Positions 8,490-18,691 of a stretch of 64,000 nucleotides of DNA are shown one piece after another. Location of the stretch: the NCBI GenBank assembly GCA_049438185.1, contig JBMTJI010000005.1, positions 2,316 to 66,315 of the forward strand, in the 5' to 3' direction. Position numbers and translations under genes: made by a program. Each line of letters starts with the position of its first letter. Position 1 is the first letter of the stretch. The DNA comes from Candidatus Poseidoniaceae archaeon. GTDB lineage: Archaea > Thermoplasmatota > Poseidoniia > Poseidoniales > Poseidoniaceae. The notes under the pieces are model-generated. The model saw nothing but the letters and a program-made list of their open reading frames with translations, had not been told where the DNA came from and made no database searches.

Positions 8490-11400
8490 ACCCACTTATC
8501 GTCACCATCTTCTCCATTTCGCACACGGATGAAGGCGATGAGCAAAACCAAGACTGTAATGAGTATTCCAATTTGTACCACACCACCCGATAGCGCTGAC
8601 GACTGTTCTTCCTCATCGATTGTACCTGTGGAATCATTCGGTGAATTCGGACTTGGGTTGTTGTTGTCTATATCCAAATCGATGGTAACTGAGATGCTAC
8701 TCTCATTCAGATTACCTGAAGCATCAGCGCTCTTGACCACGATTGTGTAATCACCATTGGCATATGCTTCTGTAATGATTTCATGATTCTTCTTTGTTGC
8801 GAACGCATCCTCGTGGATGGTCGCCCCACCTATTGAGACAAGTTCTGTAGCACTCTCGGATGTGTACCACGATATTCGCACACGGCCATCATCGAGGACT
8901 TCTGCATCCAAATTCAATAACTCAGGAGCGGTTTCATCGATGACATTGCTGGTGTTGAAGTAAAGAACAACATCGGCTGTATCGTTTGCACGAATGAACA
9001 CCCAATACGAAGTTCCAACCTCAAGATCGGTTAGGGTCACAGCGTGGTCGGTTCCTGAATCCGTTTCAAAAAGATTCGTTGTTTCATCAACTGGTTGTTG
9101 ATCTGCCAATACGTATTGAATCGAAGTCACATCGGAAACAGTGGTCGACCAAGTAAGAACTGCGCTGGAAGAGGTGACGGTTTCAACAGAGGCTCCAAAG
9201 ATTTGTTGTGGAATCTCTGGCATTTCAAAACCGGTTAGGGTCGCATAGATGTGCCCATCTACATCGTAGGATGACAACATTTGTTCTTGTCCTGTTCCCT
9301 CTAGAATCATGTCAATGATGTTTGGATCGTAATCAATTCCATCATCTGCAGCAGGATTTGATCCTCCACCAAGAGTCCATGTTGAAGGTGTCTCATCCAC
9401 ATCTCTCCATTTTCCTGTACCGAAACCATCCTGACTTCCAATCACGATGATGTATCGGTAGTTGGGGATGTCATCACCAATGACGTCTTTGCTGATCGTG
9501 AATGTGATGGTTTTCGCATCAATGTCTCCCGACACATCAATACCGCGAGAGGACGTACTCCCTGTCTCGGATTGGACTGCGAAGACTGCACCAGGTTCCC
9601 CTGTACCACTGATGGCAACTTCCCATGCCCATGCACTATCGATACGGGCATTCGCCCCATCAAGCATCGCTGTTGAGCCATAGGTCGTCTCGCCCTGATC
9701 GACGTAAATTTGGACGATCTGATGGCTAAATCCGTTGCTCAGACCCCAGATATCGGTCATCTCATCCATCTCAATAATGAATTGAGCATTCCAAGCGCTT
9801 TGGCGAATGGTCAGTTTCTTCGCATCCCACAAACCTCCATTGTTGGGCGTGGCGAAATCAGAAGCAAGTGGATAGATGTAATCACCGTCTCCGGTTTCAT
9901 CACCAATCGCATCATCGAGTTCAAGCAAGGTCACCCACTCCTCAAGATCTGGAAGGACGACTTCTGCAGGTGCAGGTGGCGCCATTTCTTTGTCCTCTCC
10001 GTCACCATAAGCGAGCGAGTCTGCGAGGGCTGCAACCACCTTGATTCGTGTCGAATAACGAGGTGCAAGTCCAATCTCCGACCAAGGGATGACAAACTCG
10101 TAGACATCTTGAACAGCACATCCGCCAAGTGCTGAACTACCGCTCAAAACCCATTGCTCCTGGTCTCCAGTCTTCCCTTTTGCAGTGAAAAGATTCCATT
10201 TGGCACGACCATCGTCCCGTAGCGTATCGAAATCGAATGCGACCATGTATTTTGAAGGGAAACTCAGAATCTGATTGCCATAGTAGGTACGGAAATTTGT
10301 TTCTGCTTCATTGAAATTCACAGCATTTGGTTGCATGAAATAGAGTGCTAAGTCAGGGGATTTTCCACCGAGTGACATGTTCTCAAGTTCGGTAATTGTT
10401 GTGGCATCCACTCGCACAAAAACATTCGACGCATCGTAGCCGACATAGAATTCCTCGATGTTAAATGGGGCTCCTTCGACTGGTGCATCATAGCGAGCTG
10501 CACCATCCCATTCACCCGGTAATGCGACACCGTCAACCATCGGTTCAATGATCGAAGAGGCTGCTGGCGAAGGTACTGCAGGGTTTGTCCATAGATCTTG
10601 CAAATATGGAGGAAGATCGAGATTGACCGCTCGATAAATATTGGAGAGATGAACCTTAAAGAGAACGTCCCAGTTCTCGTCGTAACCGCTGTCTTGATCA
10701 AGACCATACCACCAGAACCAATCACTACCCTCGGCAATGTACAACGATTCCCAAGCGGCTTCGAGACCTGGATCGTTTGGATTCTCTTCCTCGAAGGCTA
10801 CGAGTTGTTGTCGTGCCTCTACCAGCCGTTGCCACGCAAGGGATTCCTCTTCTTCACCAGCCCATGTACGAAGTGTTCCATCAATCCATGACCCTGTTCC
10901 AATGGTTTGAATCACTGGCAACGTCGGTTCGGATTCAAGGAATTCAGAAGGCGTCGTTGTTACAATTGTGGGGTGGGTTGCCAAACGACTGTACCACTCC
11001 GCCATGAAGGGGCGAGCGTTATCCTGGTGCTGGAATTCAGACATGAACATCCAATTCTCGCCGTCGAGTGCAACAGTGAGAAGATGCTCCGATGGGTCTT
11101 CGCCCGCATCGAGAAGCTGTTGCCGTATGTTATCGAGATATGCAATAAAATCTGAAACTGCAGCCTCTGGAGTCATCGTTCCGTATTGGAAAGCAATGCG
11201 GTCAGAGATGACACGATCACGGAAAATGACGGCAACTTCACCGCCATCCGCTCCAGTGACCTTCCATGGTGTTGCAAGGTTTGTAACATCCTCAACGTCG
11301 ATGTAGTCTCCGTTTTGATTGGTGGATTGTTTGAGAATCTCTTCATCCGTTACCATCCATTCAATTCCTACATCCGTGACGGGTTGAACCATGGCTGGAG

Positions 11401-12955
11401 AGACGGCTTCTTCACTCGGCCACATTCCTGTTGGCCGGAATCCAAGTTCATCCTCGAACAAATCCATACCGGTAATCAGATGGTTTTGAACATCCTCTGG
11501 CCAAGCTTCCTTGTTCACGCGAATACCGTCTTCCATTGTCCATCCTTCCATCATCAACAACGGCATAATGGGGTGGTAATATGGTGTGGTTGTGAGTTCA
11601 ATTTGTCCGTTTGCAGCAAGTTCACTGTACATAGGCAAAACGTTCCCCATGTGGGCGTGTTGAGCATCAAGCACGTAGTTCAAATCAGCAAGTTCGTAGT
11701 TCCCATTTTGCATGAACAAATCGATGAGCCCTTGATCACGGTGGCTTGAATTGTATGAGCCAAGGACGTAATCTGGTGAGAATTGATAAAGATACCAAAG
11801 AACCTGCAAGTCGAGGAAATCCTGTGGAGGAAGCAAGTCATCGTCCATGATGGTTGCTGGTTTGAGGTTGTGAAGCGTGTTGTCGTAGAGTTCTTTGTAG
11901 CGTGCACTCGAAGGATGGAGCCATCCAAGTTTCGGGTCGTCTACAGACACATTGTAAATCCAGCCACTGTTCCAAAACGACTGGAATTGCATCGTGTGGA
12001 GTTCAAGATCGGTTGCGTTCGGATATCCTCCCGTCGCCCAAGAGCGTTTGGCGATGTCCGTATGCACGTCAAGTGTTTCTTGTTCGTGATAGTCCACGAG
12101 TTGTTCAATAAATGATGGCACAAGGTTGTACGTCACCTTCGTATCCGTATCTGCAAGGATTCCAGGCGAATCCACGTATTCGGTCATTGCATGGACTCGA
12201 ACCCAAGGCATCTCGTACATGCCAGTGAGTTTATTCTTGTAATACGGCTGATGTTGATGGAAAACGATGGCGAGATTGAGAGCATCATCCACTTTACCCG
12301 CTGCCGCTGGTTGAATCACTGGAAGTTGGTTTGGAGAGGTCGCATTGTTGACGTTCTCGATGTGCCATGCATGGGTGAACGTTTCGGCTCCGTTGTTGCT
12401 TGCCGGATTCTGTTGTGGAAACGATGCCCAAACATTCCCTTCGTCTTGCCATTGAGCATACACAACGACGTCCAACGAGGTTGGAGAGCCGAGTTCAGAC
12501 CACGGTAGAGCAAACTCTGTCACCATATTACCTTCCCATCCCGCATAGAGTTCGACAACATGAGCGCTGTCAACCCATGCACTTCCATCATAGGATACGA
12601 GTCGGAAGTAGGTGTCATCCTCGAGAACAAATCCGTAATCTGCAGCGAATGGAAGGGTGTGGGAAAAGCCCCAATCCTTACTCAACACAGAACCTTGTGT
12701 TGAGGTGTTAAAGTAAATGAAGAGATCTGCTCCTTCTGAGGTTGATTTCCAATCGGTACCATCCCAGCCGATGTAAAGGTTGGATGCATCCCACGTCAAG
12801 TGCAAATCAACGTTGGTGCTCGACATCAACTCATCCGGATTCCAATCCGATAAATCACCATCAACAGTGATTGTTGTAGGCGTTTGTGAAAGAGCGAAAC
12901 CACCCATTGTTGATGTAATGAAAAGCAGGGACAATATTACAGCACTTCTCCGCAT
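8486..12955 (-). CDS. Surface-anchored GH57-family alpha-glucan hydrolase (amylopullulanase-like), about 1489 aa, with C-terminal beta-sandwich domains and TM anchor
   Basis: All five GH57 regions are present: HQHQPYY, GQIEL, WPSEE, ALDGENW, GSDWFWWYG. N-terminus MRRSAVILSLLFITSTMGGFALSQ is a signal peptide. C-terminus VVQIGILITVLVLLIAFIRVRNGEDGDD is a TM anchor. Track start 12994 is TTG. ATG at 12955 is preferred. Confidence 0.8.
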   Translation of the reverse strand: MRRSAVILSLLFITSTMGGFALSQTPTTITVDGDLSDWNPDELMSSTNVDLHLTWDASNLYIGWDGTDWKSTSEGADLFIYFNTSTQGSVLSKDWGFSHTLPFAADYGFVLEDDTYFRLVSYDGSAWVDSAHVVELYAGWEGNMVTEFALPWSELGSPTSLDVVVYAQWQDEGNVWASFPQQNPASNNGAETFTHAWHIENVNNATSPNQLPVIQPAAAGKVDDALNLAIVFHQHQPYYKNKLTGMYEMPWVRVHAMTEYVDSPGILADTDTKVTYNLVPSFIEQLVDYHEQETLDVHTDIAKRSWATGGYPNATDLELHTMQFQSFWNSGWIYNVSVDDPKLGWLHPSSARYKELYDNTLHNLKPATIMDDDLLPPQDFLDLQVLWYLYQFSPDYVLGSYNSSHRDQGLIDLFMQNGNYELADLNYVLDAQHAHMGNVLPMYSELAANGQIELTTTPYYHPIMPLLMMEGWTMEDGIRVNKEAWPEDVQNHLITGMDLFEDELGFRPTGMWPSEEAVSPAMVQPVTDVGIEWMVTDEEILKQSTNQNGDYIDVEDVTNLATPWKVTGADGGEVAVIFRDRVISDRIAFQYGTMTPEAAVSDFIAYLDNIRQQLLDAGEDPSEHLLTVALDGENWMFMSEFQHQDNARPFMAEWYSRLATHPTIVTTTPSEFLESEPTLPVIQTIGTGSWIDGTLRTWAGEEEESLAWQRLVEARQQLVAFEEENPNDPGLEAAWESLYIAEGSDWFWWYGLDQDSGYDENWDVLFKVHLSNIYRAVNLDLPPYLQDLWTNPAVPSPAASSIIEPMVDGVALPGEWDGAARYDAPVEGAPFNIEEFYVGYDASNVFVRVDATTITELENMSLGGKSPDLALYFMQPNAVNFNEAETNFRTYYGNQILSFPSKYMVAFDFDTLRDDGRAKWNLFTAKGKTGDQEQWVLSGSSALGGCAVQDVYEFVIPWSEIGLAPRYSTRIKVVAALADSLAYGDGEDKEMAPPAPAEVVLPDLEEWVTLLELDDAIGDETGDGDYIYPLASDFATPNNGGLWDAKKLTIRQSAWNAQFIIEMDEMTDIWGLSNGFSHQIVQIYVDQGETTYGSTAMLDGANARIDSAWAWEVAISGTGEPGAVFAVQSETGSTSSRGIDVSGDIDAKTITFTISKDVIGDDIPNYRYIIVIGSQDGFGTGKWRDVDETPSTWTLGGGSNPAADDGIDYDPNIIDMILEGTGQEQMLSSYDVDGHIYATLTGFEMPEIPQQIFGASVETVTSSSAVLTWSTTVSDVTSIQYVLADQQPVDETTNLFETDSGTDHAVTLTDLEVGTSYWVFIRANDTADVVLYFNTSNVIDETAPELLNLDAEVLDDGRVRISWYTSESATELVSIGGATIHEDAFATKKNHEIITEAYANGDYTIVVKSADASGNLNESSISVTIDLDIDNNNPSPNSPNDSTGTIDEEEQSSALSGGVVQIGILITVLVLLIAFIRVRNGEDGDDKWV

Positions 12956-12965
12956 TGCATAACCG

Positions 12966-12972
12966 TATAAAT
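12966..12972. promoter_or_regulatory. AT-rich TATAAAT element in the 46-nt divergent region between the GH57 and GH77 genes
   Basis: Divergent starts are at 12955 and 13002. TATAAAT lies about 30-36 nt upstream of the + gene ATG. Confidence 0.25.
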
Positions 12973-13001
12973 GATAATTTGAAAGGCTTTGCAAAGGACT
13001 G

Positions 13002-14255
13002 ATGGAGTCTCGACACGAAAGTGGAATCCTCTGTCATCTGACATCATTACCAGAACAAAAGTTATCAGAAGGCTATCGTTTTGTCGACTGGCTTCATCAA
13101 AACGGATTTTCCTATTGGCAAATGCTGCCCCTTACACCTCCTGACAAATATCGTTCGCCATATGCCTCACCATCGGCCTTTGCAGGATGGACGGATCTCA
13201 CGGACTCGAATCAGGAACATCAAATGGAGGAAGATGCGTATTGGTTGAACGATTGGGCGTTGTTTTGCGCCATCAAAGAAGACCAAGATGGCAAGCCTTG
13301 GTACGAGTGGCCAGACCCTCTCAAGAACCGACATCCTGAGGCGTTGGCTGCGTTTGCGGGCTCGATTGAACCCTTCATTGCAAAACAACAAACGTTCACA
13401 GCAGAGTGGACGGCACTAAGATTCTATGCGAACAAGAATGGTATCAAAATGATCGGCGATGTTCCAATCTTTATCGCTCACGACTCAGCTGATGTTTGGG
13501 CGCATCGCGATTTATTCCAACTCGATGAGGAGGGCTACCCCACATACATTGCTGGCGTTCCACCAGATTACTTTAGCGAAACTGGACAAGTCTGGGAAAC
13601 GGTTCTTTACAACTGGGATGCGCATGAACAGGAAGATTGGAGATGGTGGGAAGAACGCATGAAGCGAATGTTTCGCATGTACGATGTCGTACGTATTGAT
13701 CATTTCCGTGGGTTTCATTCCAATTGGGCCATACCTTACCCCGAAGAGACAGCAACGAACGGTCATTGGCAAGATGGCCCTGGAGACATGTTGTTTGACC
13801 ATATCATGTCACTGGTCTCATCTCCAGACCAAATCATCGCGGAAGATCTGGGCATCATTCCAGAAGCGGTCATTGAATTCAGGCAACGTCACAACCTACG
13901 TGGCATGAGTGTTCTTCAATTCGGATTTTCGGACGAAATTGAAACAAACCCACATCACCCACAAAACATCAGAGAAGACCAGATTGTCTACACCGGCACA
14001 CACGACAACAACACTGCGGAGGGATGGTTCGTTTCTGCGACGAATGAGGAGCAGAAAGAGGTACGTTCACTTGCAATTCCGGGCGAAACCGTTTCCCAGA
14101 CTTTGATTCGCTTAGCACAATCAACACAGTCACCAATTTCCATCATTCCTCTCCAAGATTACCTTGGTTTAGGCGCGGAAGCACGAATGAATGTTCCCGG
14201 TCAAAAAGGTAGGAATTGGTCATGGAAATTTACTTGGCAGGAACTTGTCGGCTGA
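13002..14255 (+). CDS. malQ: 4-alpha-glucanotransferase (amylomaltase, GH77)
   Basis: N-terminus SGILCHLTSLPE matches the G(I/V)LLHxTSLP start. Catalytic motif VRIDHFRGF is present. The C-terminal NVPGQKGRNWSWKF motif fits GH77. At 417 aa it is shorter than typical MalQ. Confidence 0.75.
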   Translation: MESRHESGILCHLTSLPEQKLSEGYRFVDWLHQNGFSYWQMLPLTPPDKYRSPYASPSAFAGWTDLTDSNQEHQMEEDAYWLNDWALFCAIKEDQDGKPWYEWPDPLKNRHPEALAAFAGSIEPFIAKQQTFTAEWTALRFYANKNGIKMIGDVPIFIAHDSADVWAHRDLFQLDEEGYPTYIAGVPPDYFSETGQVWETVLYNWDAHEQEDWRWWEERMKRMFRMYDVVRIDHFRGFHSNWAIPYPEETATNGHWQDGPGDMLFDHIMSLVSSPDQIIAEDLGIIPEAVIEFRQRHNLRGMSVLQFGFSDEIETNPHHPQNIREDQIVYTGTHDNNTAEGWFVSATNEEQKEVRSLAIPGETVSQTLIRLAQSTQSPISIIPLQDYLGLGAEARMNVPGQKGRNWSWKFTWQELVG

Positions 14256-14300
14256 GGCAAGTTACAAAGAACTCATAACCTGATTAGACGAGCATACGCC

Positions 14301-15950
14301 ATGTCTGTGGTGGGGTATTTCACAGCCGAGATTGGCCTTTGGTCAGACCTTCACACGTATTCTGGTGGATTAGGGGTTCTCGCTGGAGATCACGTCAAAT
14401 CCGCTGCTGATGCTGGCGTCCCACTTGTCGGAGTTACGCTTCTGTATCATCAAGGCTATGCTCGTCAGCACATTGATGGAGATGGAGTCCAAACAGAGAC
14501 GTTCCCAGAATTTGATCCTGGCCATCACCTAACGAAAACCGACATTACCATCAAACTCCAATTGGATGACCAAACCCTTCTCGCACATGTTTGGAAAACA
14601 GAGATTACTGGTCAGAGCGGCCACATCGTTCCAGTCTATTTTATCGATACACGTCATGAATCAAATTCACCAGAGCATCAACGACTCTCTTCACGACTTT
14701 ACGGAGGTGGGGATGAAGTACGAATCCGCCAAGAATACGTTCTCGGTGTTGGAGGTGTCCAATTGTTCGATTACCTCGATGTGGAACTTCGAGGACTGCA
14801 TCTTAACGAAGGCCACTGCACCTTTGCCATGCTCGAATTGTTGAATCGTGGATGGAGCAGAGAAGAATTGGCACAACGAAGCCTGTTCACAACGCACACC
14901 CCCGTTCCTGCAGGTCATGACCGATTTGAGTGGTCTTTGGTAAGGCAGGTTGTTGGTAAGATTCTGCCAGATGATGCTCAAGACCTGGTCAGGAGCGCTG
15001 GTGATTCTGAACAAGGTGCTCGATGTTCGATGTCACATCTCGCAGTGGCTCTTTCAACATCGGTCAACGCTGTTTCTAAGCTCAATGCTGAGGTTGCGAT
15101 GACCATGTTCGAAGAACAACTGATTCAACCAATCACCAATGGAGTCCATCACATCACTTGGACATCCCCTGTCATGTCATCCCTCTTTGATGAGCATATG
15201 GCTGGATGGAGAATTCAGCCTGAATCCATCTCAAATGCTGATGCATTGCCAACGAAAGATCTCAATGACGCACGTGCAAAGACTCGAAAACAACTCCATG
15301 ATTACGTCAAATCAACAACCGGGGTCGAATTATTCTCAGACCGATTAACCATCGGTTTTGCACGCCGATTTGCAACCTACAAACGAGCAAACTTGGTCTT
15401 CAAAGATTTGCAACGACTTCGGGCAATTGGTGCAGGAAAGATTCAATTCGTTTTCTCTGGAAAAGCACATCCAAGAGACAAAGGTGGCAAACAATTGATT
15501 CGTGACATCTTTGAATCTGCACATCAAATCGCCGACGAAATCCCAGTTGCGTTCATCGAGAATTACGACATGCATACCGGATTGATGATGACCAGTGGCG
15601 TAGACATTTGGCTGAACAATCCGATTCGTCCTATGGAAGCATCGGGTACGTCGGGTATGAAGGCTGCAATGAATGGTGTTCCAAACTGTTCGATCCTCGA
15701 CGGATGGTGGCCTGAGGCTTGCATTCATGGTGTGAATGGATGGGCGATTGGGAATGCGGAAGATGACCGTAATGATGACAGAGATGCAGAAAACATCTAC
15801 AACGTACTGGAACATGATGTTCTCCCTTTGTGGGAACGAGAAGACAATGGTTGGTCGGATATGATGAAAGCAAGCATCGTAGCATCAGCTGGATTTACTG
15901 GTCAGAGAATGATTCAAGATTATCTTGAATTCTACGATCAATTCTCTTGA
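14301..15950 (+). CDS. Alpha-glucan (maltodextrin/glycogen) phosphorylase, GT35, short archaeal/bacterial type
   Basis: SGGLGVLAGDH motif and the pyridoxal-phosphate Lys region EASGTSGMKAAMNGV. Length 549 aa. Confidence 0.85.
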   Translation: MSVVGYFTAEIGLWSDLHTYSGGLGVLAGDHVKSAADAGVPLVGVTLLYHQGYARQHIDGDGVQTETFPEFDPGHHLTKTDITIKLQLDDQTLLAHVWKTEITGQSGHIVPVYFIDTRHESNSPEHQRLSSRLYGGGDEVRIRQEYVLGVGGVQLFDYLDVELRGLHLNEGHCTFAMLELLNRGWSREELAQRSLFTTHTPVPAGHDRFEWSLVRQVVGKILPDDAQDLVRSAGDSEQGARCSMSHLAVALSTSVNAVSKLNAEVAMTMFEEQLIQPITNGVHHITWTSPVMSSLFDEHMAGWRIQPESISNADALPTKDLNDARAKTRKQLHDYVKSTTGVELFSDRLTIGFARRFATYKRANLVFKDLQRLRAIGAGKIQFVFSGKAHPRDKGGKQLIRDIFESAHQIADEIPVAFIENYDMHTGLMMTSGVDIWLNNPIRPMEASGTSGMKAAMNGVPNCSILDGWWPEACIHGVNGWAIGNAEDDRNDDRDAENIYNVLEHDVLPLWEREDNGWSDMMKASIVASAGFTGQRMIQDYLEFYDQFS

Positions 15951-18691
15951 TCGTCCCAATTGATTTCAACCGATTCATCCACTTGCAATCCCTTCTTTCT
16001 TCCAGTTAAACCAAGGAAGAGGGCTGCGAGGATTACGGCTCCAATTAACAAAGATCGTGTTATCGTGTGCGTTGAAGATTTGGAATCAGAGATTCCTTCT
16101 GAGTCACATGGAGCACAATTGACCATTGGACATGGTTCATCAGCTGCAACCTCGAATACATTCCCACAACACCCTTCGCACGTTTTCATTTCATTCGAAG
16201 TCGATGAATGCCCATCCGTCTCATTGCTCGGATTTGGCAATTGAGTTTCATTGGTTGAACTTGTTTGGTTCGTCGATTCATTGGTTTGAGTTGTGGTGTT
16301 TGTTTGGTTGTTTCCGCTCGGCTCCTGACAACTTGGGCAACATTCCCCTTCCTCTGCTGGCACTGTTATCCAACCAGCAGGACACGCATCACAGAGTACA
16401 TCGGCGCATGGGTCAACAGGATCGGTCTCATACTGACAACTTCCATCGTCTTGGGTTGCCTCAACGTCAAAGTTCGTTGCAGTGTTATCCATACAGCCAA
16501 AGATTGGTACAGGAGGGTATTCACATGACCCATCATCTTCAGTAGCGGATGGGTCAAAGTTTGTTGCTGATGAGTCCGTACAGCCGTAATCAGGAATCTC
16601 GACGACATCAGCATCAAGTTCGATTACGGTCACGGAATGTGCCCCTACGGAGAGTGTACCATCGAGCATTGATGAGTCACCAAAACGAACGACATCGTTG
16701 TTGGCAAAACCAGCAACCGTCGTCGGAGCACCACGATTGAGAACGATGGACATGACCTGATCATCGTGCGTCATGTTGTAAACGAGAAGATTCGACATTG
16801 CCAGTCGTGTGCTGTATTCGCCACGTTGTAATGCAATCGATTCTGATCGTAATTTACCAAGTTCTGAGATGTTCTCAAACAATTCAGATTCCATGGTACT
16901 CCACGAACTCTCATTTCGGTACATGTGACGATTATCGGGGTCTGCTCCTCCGTATTCGCCATATTCATCCCCGTAGTAAAGCAGTGGAGCACCCGGCGTG
17001 GTCAAGAGCCATCCATAAGCCTGCAGAGCAGCATTGTAAGCGGACGCATCACCAGGCTGACCAGGAAGACCGTCCTCAACCCATTGATTGAACGCATCAT
17101 TGGTTCCACTATCTGCTCGACTGGTCAATCGAGGCACATCGTGACTACCAACATAGGGCACCATGATGGAACCGTCGAGGTATTGATCTTGACTTCGGTT
17201 AGTCCAATAATCAAGATGCATGTAGTTCTCATTGCCAGAAACGAAGACGTTGTCAACAACTGCATGATAGAGCACAAAGTCAGCTTGTCCATCCAATCCA
17301 TCCGGACCCATGTACGCGTTGATGGTTCCATATTGTTCCTGATTGTCTATGAGTGAGTGACCCGCCCAACCCATGGCTGTCTCGCCTTTGAGATAGTAAT
17401 CGGTTCCAACCGTCTCAAAGCGTTCATTGACTTGAGCAACCAAGTTTCTTGTTGCTAAATCTTCAACATGCTTGACAGCATCAATACGAAGACCATCGAG
17501 ATCGTAGGTTTCCAACCACCACAAAGCATCATCAATGAATTGCTCAGAAGCATCTCGAATCTTCCAATTGACATCGGGCATGTAGGACGTAAATTGGCAA
17601 TCCAAACGGTGCTCGGTCCAGTCGCAGTTGGAAGTCCCACAGATACAACCCGCATTGAACCATTCAGGATTGTCTTGATAGTATGTGTGCTGTTCATGAA
17701 CGTGGTTCACGACAAAATCCATCATGACGCGAATGTCGTGGCCATGGGCTGCTTCAATCAATGCATGAAGTTCTTCTTCGGTACCCAACTTCGGTTCAAT
17801 TCCTCTTGGTTCCGTTGGCCAGTAACCATGGAAGGCAGAAACATCATGGATCCCATCTGCGGCTTTGCCCGTTCCATTCGCTGCCGTATTGAACGGAGAA
17901 AGCCAGAGCGCTCCGACCCCTAACTCATCAAAATAGCCAGATTCAATCATTTGGGTGACGCCTGCAAAGTCGCCACCTTGCCAATCAGCCCCTTGTGCTG
18001 CACCAACCATGGGCCCATCGTTTGATGTATTGCCATTGACGAATCGATCGGTCATGACCATGTAGATGAGCGCGTCTTGCCATTCAAAATCAGCAGATGG
18101 GCCAGTCCAGAACGGGACGAGTAAGTCGTATGCTGGATTACCATCGACATCGAATCCATCGATTTTGAGCGTATGCTTACCATCATCCAATCCACTCACA
18201 TCAAAAGTCCAAGTGAGGAGTTGCGAATCCCAGACAGCACCAGAAAGAGCAGAAGGGGTTCCACTGAAGGCAGCTCCTGAAGAACCGGGATGATACGTTA
18301 CAACGAGGGATTGAGCAACGAGTTCAGCACTGAAATGAGGGCGAGTGTGATCACGAACACGGACAAGTGAATTTTCGATATCGCCACAATACGAACGTTC
18401 TGGATTCATCGGGTCGAAGAGATACTGGCCATCAACAATGAACTTGTAACAATACAGACCTTCTTGCAATTCAATCTCAGCAGTCCAAACACCGTTTTGT
18501 TCAACCATGGGAACAGGATCGCTCCAGTTCCATTCACCAACCACGGCTACTTCTGTTGCAAAAGCCTTGAACGAAAATGAAGTCATGGTTGTCGAAGTAG
18601 GATGGGATGATGCTTGCACATCGTTGGAAGAGAGAGGTGAGAACACGACGAGAACCATCAATAGGATCAAACATCGAGCAATATTTTTCAT
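15938..18691 (-). CDS. Secreted, membrane-anchored GH13 alpha-amylase/pullulanase-family enzyme with N-terminal CBM48-like domain and Cys-rich C-terminal modules
   Basis: Signal peptide MKNIARCLILLMVLVVFSPLS. CBM48-like WNWSD...GLYCYKFIVDGQYLFDP. GH13 regions DFVVNH, GLRIDAVKHV, KGETAMGW, VGSHDVP. C-terminal TM LLIGAVILAALFLGLTGRKKG. Its ATG overlaps the upstream ABC ATPase stop (ATGA). Confidence 0.85.
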   Translation of the reverse strand: MKNIARCLILLMVLVVFSPLSSNDVQASSHPTSTTMTSFSFKAFATEVAVVGEWNWSDPVPMVEQNGVWTAEIELQEGLYCYKFIVDGQYLFDPMNPERSYCGDIENSLVRVRDHTRPHFSAELVAQSLVVTYHPGSSGAAFSGTPSALSGAVWDSQLLTWTFDVSGLDDGKHTLKIDGFDVDGNPAYDLLVPFWTGPSADFEWQDALIYMVMTDRFVNGNTSNDGPMVGAAQGADWQGGDFAGVTQMIESGYFDELGVGALWLSPFNTAANGTGKAADGIHDVSAFHGYWPTEPRGIEPKLGTEEELHALIEAAHGHDIRVMMDFVVNHVHEQHTYYQDNPEWFNAGCICGTSNCDWTEHRLDCQFTSYMPDVNWKIRDASEQFIDDALWWLETYDLDGLRIDAVKHVEDLATRNLVAQVNERFETVGTDYYLKGETAMGWAGHSLIDNQEQYGTINAYMGPDGLDGQADFVLYHAVVDNVFVSGNENYMHLDYWTNRSQDQYLDGSIMVPYVGSHDVPRLTSRADSGTNDAFNQWVEDGLPGQPGDASAYNAALQAYGWLLTTPGAPLLYYGDEYGEYGGADPDNRHMYRNESSWSTMESELFENISELGKLRSESIALQRGEYSTRLAMSNLLVYNMTHDDQVMSIVLNRGAPTTVAGFANNDVVRFGDSSMLDGTLSVGAHSVTVIELDADVVEIPDYGCTDSSATNFDPSATEDDGSCEYPPVPIFGCMDNTATNFDVEATQDDGSCQYETDPVDPCADVLCDACPAGWITVPAEEGECCPSCQEPSGNNQTNTTTQTNESTNQTSSTNETQLPNPSNETDGHSSTSNEMKTCEGCCGNVFEVAADEPCPMVNCAPCDSEGISDSKSSTHTITRSLLIGAVILAALFLGLTGRKKGLQVDESVEINWDDQEN
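16427..16591 (-). repeat. Tandem Cys-containing approximately 25-aa module x2 (DYGCTDSSATNFDPSATEDDGSCEY / IFGCMDNTATNFDVEATQDDGSCQY) inside the GH13 gene
   Basis: Read from the translation at aa 701-755. It is followed by a further Cys-rich stretch and a Thr/Asn/Ser-rich linker, through about 16106. Confidence 0.55.

Noticed and set aside
8529-12780. Numerous 60-190-aa antisense or alternative-frame ORFs inside the GH57, GH13, ArcTGT and RND genes
   Set aside because: They are nested within long motif-bearing frames on the other strand or frame. None has its own conserved motifs or promoter space.
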